Origin: Okamejei kenojei
Taxonomy: Eukaryota
DNA length: 64,000 bases
Assembly (NCBI GenBank): GCA_035221665.1
Contig: CM069164.1
Coordinates: 26,970,001-27,034,000, forward strand
Reading direction: 5' to 3'
Below the pieces are notes generated by a model, which saw only the letters and a program-made list of their open reading frames with translations, did no database searches and was not told where the DNA came from. A program made the translations under genes and the position numbers. The stretch's first letter is position 1. Each line of letters starts with the position of its first letter. Positions 54,850 to 64,000 of this stretch are shown one piece after another.

Positions 54850-55295
54850 TAGGCCATATCGAACAACTCCGCCCCCCCCCCCCCTTTCTCCCCCCTCCCT
54901 CCTCCCTTGTGCCCCACCTGGACTCCTAGATTGACACCTATTATTCCCCTCACCCTCCTCCGACATTCATTCCTCTGGCTTCACAATACGGAACGCTTCA
55001 ATCAATACGTCTCACACTTTCGGCTTTATTCGCTAGGCTTTGTTTCAACCATCTGCCTCCCTCCCCCCTCCCTCCTTCCCCCTCCGCCTGTGCCCCCCTA
55101 TTACCCGCCACGCTCCCCCCCCCCCCCCCCCCCACACACACACAGTGCCCCGCCCACCTACCACCTACATAACTGAGTTGTAGCGTTCTGAGGAAGGGTT
55201 CGGAGGTGAAACATCACCTCTCCGTGGTCTCCAGAGATGCTGCCTGACCCGCTGAGGTACTCGAGCACTTGGTGTCCCTTTGTGCAAGCCAGCAT
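54850..55295 (+). mobile_element. Degenerate Penelope-like 3' region, divergent subfamily
   Basis: C-rich stretch then tctgaggaagggtt...gaaacatcacc...ctccagagatgctgcctgacccgctgag. Confidence 0.6.
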
Positions 55296-55871
55296 ACGTG
55301 TAATCGGGCACCTTTGGGGGAACAGTGACAATGTTAACCACACTTTAGTGCGCTTGCTCTGACCCTTCTGGGTGACACAACACGTAACACAACATGATGG
55401 TGCAATGATCGGGATTGTAGGTGGACGTAGATCCTGGAAGTAGCAGAACCAGTGTCTAACCGGCAGAGATTTGTTTCGGATTCACGGAATGGAACGTGAA
55501 GATGCCACAATATTCACAAACCGCGCCTCTCGCTGGAAATCAGAGGCTTTCGACGCGTATTGTCTAAAACTAATGTCAGCACGAAGCCCGTTTCCACTTC
55601 CATTCCTTGTTGACAACACTGGACATGTAACCGCACCTCCAACCCTTGAGTTCCAGATCAGTCAACAATAACACGCGAATTAAACAATGATAAACAAAAA
55701 TCGAAACACTTGTTATAATTAATCTTAATAATTACGGAGATCTATATCGACCAAACATAACCATGGGAACATTGTGAAAATGCGAATTCCCATTGCTCCA
55801 CTGAAAGACTCACACTATTATTGATACTCAAGAAACCACGGATGCTTGAAATCGTAACCAAACAACAAAGC

Positions 55872-56040
55872 AACAAAGCGCTGGAGGACAACGATGACCC
55901 AGGGAATATCTGGGGGAGGGAATGGACAAACGATACCTCTTGTTCAGTCTGAAGAAGGGTCCTGACTCGAAATGTCGCCAGTCCACTCCCTTCACAGATG
56001 CTACCTGACGCGCAGAGATCCTCCAGCACTTCTTTGCACA
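55872..56040. mobile_element. Old Penelope-like inverted pair
   Basis: cagtctgaagaagggtcctgactcgaaatgtcgcc preceded by a decayed minus arm. Confidence 0.6.
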
Positions 56041-56306
56041 TTATTATAGGGAATGCTAAGATTATGCACCGCAGGTTAGATGGTCCCTTCAGAAAAGTCC
56101 ACCGATTCGTGGTGTTAAAGGAATTGCAATTGAAATCCATGATTGAACATTCTAACTCGTGGAATACACCGGGAAGAAATTGGGAATTCCAGAGTTAGAA
56201 TGCTCAATCATGGGTTCCAATTGAAAATGACGCCGTGACACAAACCGACTGCCCGACGAAAGAAAACACAATCCAATTTCTTGGGGAAAAAAAACATAAT
56301 ACAAAG

Positions 56307-56755
56307 TCTCCTTCGCTCCTTAGATGCTGCTGCACCCGCTGAGTTTCTCCAGCCTTTTGTCTACCCTCGATTCTCCAGCATCTGCAGTTCCTTCTTTAAC
56401 TCTTTAATACAACGTGTGTTGTTTAGTTTAGTTTAGTTTAGTTTATTATCACGTGTGCCGAGGTACAACGAAAAGCTTCTGTTGCGTACTAACCAGTCAG
56501 CAGAAAGACAATTCATGATTACAATTGGGCCTTCCACAGTGCACGGCGCTGGATGAAATCAACGGGTCAGGCAACATCTATGGAGGGAATGGTCAGAAGA
56601 CATTTCGGATCAGGACCCTTTCCGCAGACTAATGAAGTTTCACAACCCAAAACCTCATCTGTCATTTCCCCTCCGCAGATGCTGCCCGATGCACAGTGTT
56701 CTTCCCGCACCTTTTTTTTCCTTTTTCGCTCAGGATTCCAGCATCTGCAGCCTCT
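56307..56755. mobile_element. Cluster of Penelope-like fragment, Rex-like tail with (GTTTA)n, and old inverted pair
   Basis: 56307-56400 matches 54626-54718; gtttagtttagtttagtttagtttattatcacgtgtgccgaggtac; decayed arms at 56548-56752. Confidence 0.65.
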
Positions 56756-56945
56756 GTTTCCCCCCGTGTGTTATAGGTCGACTTCAACTTATTGTCCGGG
56801 ATAATATTCCCTTTTAAGAATCTAATTTGCACTGTGTGCTATTGACTCTGAGACTATTACATCCTTTGACCCATCCAACCATCCGATGCATACTGAGGAC
56901 ACATTGAGGGGCAGTGTATTTCTGAAACCAACTAACCTGGGTGTA

Positions 56946-57079
56946 AGTGTATGAAGGAACTGCAGATGCTGGCTTACACCTAAGATAGACACTAAATGCT
57001 GGAGTAACTCAGCGGGACAGGCAGCCTCTCCGGACAGAAGGAATGGGTGACATTTTGGGTCGAAACCATTGTTCAGACT
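56946..57079 (-). mobile_element. Penelope-like terminal fragment
   Basis: gaaggaactgcagatgctgg...ggagtaactcagcgggacaggcagc...ttcagact. Confidence 0.75.
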
Positions 57080-59019
57080 CTTTCTTCAGAACCTGCGTGT
57101 GTGTATGTGCTGTATTAATGATTGTGATCTCTGACAGCGTGAACTGTACTGGAACTACTCATATGGTTCCATGGTGGAGGTGAGGAGAATTGACCAGGAA
57201 TCTCGGAGCTGATCTTTATGCAAAGACCTCGACTTCCTTGGACCGCAGGTGAGGGCTTGAGCGGGTGTGATTGCCCCAGTGACCGGGACATGTCAACGCT
57301 CATTTTAATAGACTGCATTTTAATTCAAGCGACTCAGACGAAGTAATGAGAGATTGGGACCCGATCCCAAGAAGATTGAGGAATGAAGGCATTTAACCAG
57401 AATGGAAATAACAAAATGTGTAACAGAATTGCGTCCCAAAACAATTAATGTTTGCATTCCAGCGCAGTTCAGTTTGCGCGCCTCTTAAACGTGGCCCTCT
57501 GCAAAGTGTAGAGAATCACTTCTAAGATCAGTGCCGCACTGTAGTGCCCAATAGAGGAGTTGCAAGATAATTAATGCAACATTCTGGCAGGAAAATGACT
57601 AACAGCTTAGGGGTAATCACCTCTCATTCAATTAAAATATGTACATTTTCACATGATTTATTTTTCAGTAACTGTCTCTTGTACAAACTTGTCGGATTAA
57701 AAAGAAATAGTGACAGTATTATGCAACGGCTCATTGTTCCAGCGTGCGTCTATCCTGAAAGAGCATTTAATCGATTCATTTTCTTTTCGTACTCTGCAAC
57801 TAAAGTAAAATAACTTTAACTAATGAAATAATGGAATAGTTTAGAACACATAAAAGGTTGTTGCATAGTTTTAAGAATACAAACTCATCGGCATATCCGT
57901 TTGTATTTAACACTGAGTGCCATTGAAACGCTCGATTCATCAACTTGCGAACACTAATTTTCGCTGTTTGTTTTTTGCAGATTTCGATATTACGGGGGCG
58001 CCTTGAATTACTACGCCCTTACTTGTTCCCATTCACTTCTGGGACCAAAGGAACGCTGTGCTTCGCTCCGGAAGTCCAAACACTTGTTAAAAGTTGACGA
58101 AAGCACCATTGACGCCAGGAGCGAAACCTGTAAGTTTAAGGAGATTACCACTAAAGAACCCATAAATAAACAACTCTAGGCAATGACAAAGTACATTTGT
58201 CCTGCTTTAATATGAAATCATTCATCAATCAGCGATCAAACTGAAACATGTCAACGAAAATATGGCAAACAAATGATTTGCAGACAAACCAAGCCTTTAG
58301 GCTATAGTTATAAAGTCTTTAATATCAGGCACGAGAGAGAGAGAAAAAGACACAATTGATCACTGCAAATGGACACATTTGCCATCTCCTTTTCATGTAA
58401 TCGTTAACATGTTGATATTTCCAGTTGCCAGTTATTACAGATGTTGGCATCTGTCTGTGGCGCAGAGGGAAGAGACAGGGTCACAAATGTGGTCACCCCT
58501 TCATCTTGTCAATAAAAGGTCCCCCTCTCCACGTCACCAATAATGGCCACATGCCTACGCTCGTTGTGTTTTGTGTGGGGATTTTATTTGCTGTTCTAAG
58601 GCTGGCAGTATCTGCAGCAGGCACCGGGAACACGGAGACAGTCTAAGGCTGTGATCTAAGATCTCGGCCAAGACAGAAACCTGTAACAATATAAGTCTGT
58701 TGGACATACTGGCTAGGCTGTCACTTTTAATTTGCGCATGACCTGGTGGCCGAAATATGGGATAGAAGTGGCAGAAAGTGGGACTGAAAGCTAGTATTAT
58801 TGCTTTGACAGCTTCACTCATCTAGAAGTAATGCAAAATGCAATTTATATTTATACTCCCTGACCTTCGCTCCAAGAGGAAAGTATCTAATGAAGGGCCA
58901 GGGAGGCAGACTTAAGTTTGTCTACATTGTCGTTCTTCAACTGTTTAATTACAGTCGAGATGTAAATCAAACATCGGAAGAAGGCAATGGAGCCTGAAGT
59001 CTTGGCATTGCATTTTTGT

Positions 59020-59103
59020 GGGGTGGGGGGTGGGGGGGGGGGGGGGGAGAGGTGTGTGGGGGGGGGGGGGGGGGGTGGGGGAGGGGGGGTTGGGGGGGGG
59101 GGG

Positions 59104-59139
<36 letters not shown>

Positions 59140-59153
59140 GGGGGGGGGGGGGG
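59020..59153. repeat. Long interrupted poly-G tract
   Basis: About 130 nt almost entirely G; shorter poly-G/C tracts at ~8825, 24532, 28886, 33755, 38669 and 42862. Confidence 0.9.
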
Positions 59154-59454
59154 TTGCTTGAACGGGGCAGGAAGGAATAGGGAGTCCCAGGGATGTCGTG
59201 AAGAATGTCGGCACACACTCTTTATTAAATAAATGTTCAAGCGACAATCCCGGCGTTTGTTTTTTTTTTCCCCCGAGACCCAGTCACTGAACCGTGTTGA
59301 CTTCTAACCGTGGTACCAATGGCCATACGGTAGATTGTCTGGAGCAGCGCCAAGGATAGGTCTACACTGATACCAGAATAAGCTTTAGAGTGTATTGGAA
59401 CCCCTCCGTCACCGAATACTGTTTACAAGATGTAGTAGTTTTGGCGCCGCCTTT

Positions 59455-59815
59455 CTTTTATTCCCTCTTTTCCCTGCTCCCGTCAGGCAGAAGATACAGA
59501 AGTTTGAAAGAGTGCACCACCGGACTCTTCCCCTCTGTCGCCAGCCCTCTGAACGGCCCTTCCTTAAGACACGATACTGTCCGATTCCCCTCTAACCCCA
59601 TTGTGGGAATTGGACTTTGCCTGTGGAACCGATGTGTTAAAATGCAGAAAACTATATTTCACGCTCTATATCTCCCCCTTAGCTCTATCTGTTACACACG
59701 AGTTTGATTTGTTTGTATTCACGTATAGTATTATCTGATCTAATAGGATAGTATGCCACATAAATAAATTACACTGTACCGCGATACATGTGACAATAAT
59801 AAAGCTTAAACCTAA
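59455..59815 (+). mobile_element. Rex1/Babar-like LINE 3' end
   Basis: LFSLLPSGRRYRSL C-terminal motif followed by cactgtacc...catgtgacaataataaa tail. Confidence 0.75.
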
Positions 59816-60932
59816 TTCTTTCTTCCTTTTAATCTACAGACCCGTGGCTCGTTGTGCTTTATAATCCCTTGGCATGTGCTGATGACATCACACCATGCTG
59901 GTCGCCAGCTACATCCAGTCTCTTGCAACTGTCATTTAATGTCGCAAGCGAGTGAAAAATGACTATGAGACTCACTGGCTCCCCGAACTGACCTTGGGTA
60001 TTATTGGAATGACCTCCCATCGGTTTGACCAGAAGACCTTTGATATCTGCATGAAGAAAATATACGAGTGAGATGCCTTGTCTACCAATTGAAAGGACAA
60101 TAATCGGCGAGAATAGCACAGATCTCACGCTATTCTGCAGCTTATTTCTATCAACATTAAAATGTGATCAATACACTCAACTGGAATCTCTTCCCATTGC
60201 TTTGAGAATGCAATATGCGTCATTGCTTTATTACATTCATTTGAAAAAAAAGCCATATGTATGTTATGTGTCCTCCCTGTCAGTTAGAAATGAATCGGAT
60301 GGTCGATAGAGTTTAACTCCTGTCAAAGAGCATTCTATTACAGGCTATGACAGAATAGCGAGAGGCTGGGGGAACTCGGCGTACACAACAAGGGGGATCC
60401 CACGTTCAGAACCGCCCGTTCAGTAATCAGCCCAAGCCCTCACTAATGATCTGAAAAATATAGGTATACTGAATTCCTTGATGTAATCAGCTCTTCTCCA
60501 CTCAATCGCGCAGTCTACCCCGTCCCTAAACAAGCTCTAAACACTACCTTGGCCTAATCAGCTCACACACTCGAAGCACGTTCCATGACTAATACGATAT
60601 CCTCAAAACAAATTAATGAGGACTGATTACGGGAAAGCAGGTCCATTCCCGGCTCCACTTTCACCTCCCGCTACGTTCATCTTCCTCAGTCAGTCTCTTC
60701 ATCCCCCCTCTTCACATTTCATCAATTCCTTTTGCCCATACCCCCTCTTCACCGGCCCTACTTGCCTACCCCTTTAGTCCTCTTCTTCGTGCCTTCACCC
60801 CGACTTCTTATATCCCCTCTCACCCCGTACTACTAACACGCACTTGTATCTTTGTCCCTCTCATGCCCAGATTAATTCCGAACCAAAGTCGTTTTAAGGG
60901 AACTGTTGGACACCCACCACTTTCAGATGTAC

Positions 60933-61163
60933 AGACACAAAATGCTGGAGTAACTCAGCGGGTCGGGCAGCGTCTCTGGATAAAATGAATAGGTGACATT
61001 CCTATCGAGACCCTCCTTCAGACTGAAAGTCCGTAAAAGGGCCTCGACCCGAACCGTCACAAATCCCTTTTCTCCAGAGATGCTGTCTGACTCGCTGAGT
61101 TACTCCAGTATTTTGTGTCTATCTATCTTCGGTGTAAACCAGCATCTGTAGTTCCTTCCTATA
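60933..61163. mobile_element. Penelope-like inverted pair
   Basis: agacacaaaatgctggagtaactcagcg ... cgctgagttactccagtattttgtgtct. Confidence 0.85.
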
Positions 61164-61274
61164 CGTTTAGATATATGCCCTCATCAGCTGATAATATTAA
61201 GTTGCCGCCCCCTTATATGCGGCCAATATAGAATGTCCTGTCACATTATGTGCCTGTCTGGTATATTTCGCATT

Positions 61275-61465
61275 GATAGACACGAAGGCTAGAGTAACTC
61301 AACGAGTCAGGCAGCATCTCTGGAGAAAATGGATAGGTAACATTTCGGGTCGGGACCTTACTTCAGTATGACCCGAAACGTCACCTATCCGTTTTCTCCA
61401 GACGAGTTACTCCAGCATTTTGTGACTATCTTTCGTATAAAGCAGTATCTGCAGTTCTTTGTTTC
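61275..61465. mobile_element. Penelope-like inverted pair with 13-bp TSD (one mismatch)
   Basis: tatatttcgcatt 61262-61274 and tatatttcacatt 61466-61478. Confidence 0.8.
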
Positions 61466-64000
61466 TATATTTCACATTAAGATGAATTTGGCCACACAAC
61501 GCTCTAGATAACGGAGGTGTCCAGGAGGAAATGACTTAGCAGAGGCTCAGATGATTACTAAGTTAGAGCACCATTCAGAAAAATAAAATTAATTTTATTT
61601 CATACTAAAATTAATCAAATGAAAATGGGTGGCATAAACCAACATGAAAGACACTATAGGAACATGCAGCGTCTTATTCTACCCTCCTAAGCTACACACT
61701 TCCAAGCATTTTTTAAAATCAATACCAATATTGTCATGTGCACTTATGACCATTGGAGCACAGGAGTTGAGGTTGCACGTCGGTCAAAATGATAAAATAC
61801 TTTCTTTCCAAATGGACACCGGAGACAATGGGACTGCAGCATGCTGTATTATCTGTGCCTGAAACACGGGGATACAAATATTTCAAAGGCTGCAGATACT
61901 GACACTAATTTTTCTATGACCAAAATGATACTTAGCTTTAAAAAAAAAAGATTATTTAGCAGCGCGGCGTTGCGTCTAGTCAGTTATTCAATGTTACATT
62001 TCACGAGGAATGGCAAAATTAACAGCTCTTAATATTTCACAAATATATAATTTAAGGCAAGCAGCCGTTTTCATTTTGTAAATTGTGTCGCCAAATTTCT
62101 GACTAAACGGTCACCTAATCGTTCATCCGCGGGGAAACCCTAAAAGTTATTGTCATTAAATAAATACTTGACCCATGTATCACCTATAAACTTTGTCACT
62201 GAGCATTTCTGAGGCTTGTTAAGAAATGAATAATTTGCGATTTATATTAAAATAGACCCAATGAGTTGAATGGAATACACGGAAGTGACTGAATGGCTGT
62301 TAAAAGATCTTGTTCTCTGAACGATGATTTGCACATAATAAAATACTTGGAAAAAGTTAATAGTGTCAGGCATTTCAATAGCGGATGAAAGATGATCACT
62401 GGGTTTTGGTGAAATTTACACCAGCATTGTATATAGTAGAAACATTTTCCTCCTATTTTCCCCTGAAAATTACCTATAGATATATATTTTTAAAGAGGAA
62501 ACACAGGGACAAATAGAACTTAAATGGTTCTTACGAAAAGGTAAACAACTCAAGATGGTTGGTTGAACACACTTTTCCTTCTCCAGCATTCTCATATAAT
62601 ATCTTAGAGCTCTAACTCTGTTTCTATGTATGGAACAGTGCAAAAGTAATGTATGTCTGCTTATCCGGAATAGACTAAAGTTTGAATCCTTGCCCATTAG
62701 ACGTTGTAATATTCTTGGGCAAAGATAGAACAGGTAATGGGCAGCCACGCTGAGATATTATAATATTTATAATGAATAACAGCGATAATAAAAATGAGAT
62801 AAATCTAAAGTTCAAGGTAGCTGTATTCGTGAGTGTAATCAGCAATATGACAACATACATTGTTTTGGAAGTATACGCTTGGATCCATTTAATGAGGCAT
62901 ATTTTGTGAATTCCTCGTTCAGTGGACGAGGGTAATTATTCTACTATTTAAAAAAAACATTGTTCCACCACTGGTTTGTTATTTTTACCAATAATATAAC
63001 TTATTCAAACAGTAGCTGCTTGTCAGGTCCTATCCGGACGGTAAGAAAAAAGGGCGTATGTTTCTTGCACACCCTATTCTTCACTCTGGCAGCATCACCA
63101 AATATTGTTAGTCAGAGAGTTCTCATTCTAGAAAATCTATACATTTATATGGGTGTGGAACTACAGACGATAGAATTCTTGTGTAGGAATGCAATTTTGT
63201 TTATAAATTAAGAAAGTTGGCAGGTTTCAGTGATTCCAGACGAAACCCATTGCTTGCGTTCAATTGAACATACTACGATAGCATAATAAGACAACATAAC
63301 CTGCTAGACAATATACCATCATTGGGTAATAACTAGATACGGCACCATCTCCATCACCTGTTAAATATTGTTGCAAATAACTGCCTTTTTCGTGTAACTG
63401 CATCTGCGATAACTCGCACTGCAGAATTGGATAATTCTGGTTACCTACTGAGAAATTATGACCTTCCTGCTTTAGAATGCGAGGGAGATGTGTACTAAAT
63501 GCATTTCCTATAAAATTTATACACTGCTGATTTCAGTATCACGAGTCTTGCCCTTGCCTGCACGAAACAACTGCATGTTTTTTTTTTAATTCAAACAGCT
63601 TTAAACATTTTATTTGGGTTATCAGGCAGGGGGTTTGAAAATTCGATGCATGTTTTTCGTTCAATTCATGGCTGGGCAAACAACCCTTTTGGCTATAAAC
63701 AGAAACAGTCCAAGGAGATTGATGGCAATGTTTGTGGCGACTTGTTCGAACGGAAGGGACAGGTAACACCTAGAGGGAATCCTCGCTTGAAGTTCTAGAG
63801 CACAACATTTGAATTATAGATCCATCTTTCTTTTAACCATAATCTGCGCAGAACCATAACATTAATGGGCCATTAGAAGATTATTCAAAACAGACTCGAA
63901 TTGAGTATTGTAACTTATAGGTTGCGCCAGTTCATGTATTGATTAATAGTAAAAGTCGCAGGCACCAAACAGATGGTTTAGACACAAAATACACAAGGGT

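Noticed and set aside
58887-59247. Poly-Pro and poly-Gly ORFs
   Set aside because: Translation of the G homopolymer tract.
45238-61465. Repeated palindromic unit resembling CRISPR, REP or attC arrays
   Set aside because: The locus is a spliced vertebrate gene region; copies are irregularly spaced, in both orientations and carry TSDs, so they are retroelement fragments.

Overview
Vertebrate genomic DNA from a gapped assembly. The repeat families suggest a cartilaginous fish, probably a skate or ray (inference). The only protein-coding gene is the nuclear receptor NR2F2 (COUP-TFII) on the + strand: three coding exons (14557-14968, 15779-16306, 17806-18080) give a 404-aa protein, with a CArG/X-box/DR1 promoter block and a long 3' UTR. 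Two isoform features are visible: a candidate upstream first exon (9557-9608) that would make a DBD-less receptor like mammalian isoform b, and an in-frame alternative acceptor 21 nt upstream of exon 2. About 43 kb around the gene (~2.1-45.2 kb) lacks recognisable transposons, looks CpG-rich and holds many candidate conserved non-coding elements. The flanks (1-2.1 kb and 45-61.5 kb) carry over 20 short Penelope-like fragments with a minimal hammerhead motif (CTGAAGA-A-GGGTC-TC-GACCC-GAAACGTC), often in inverted pairs with 13-15 bp target-site duplications, plus CR1-like and Rex1/Babar-like LINE remnants, some nested. Comparisons with other species are from memory, not database searches; repeat and CNE boundaries are approximate.
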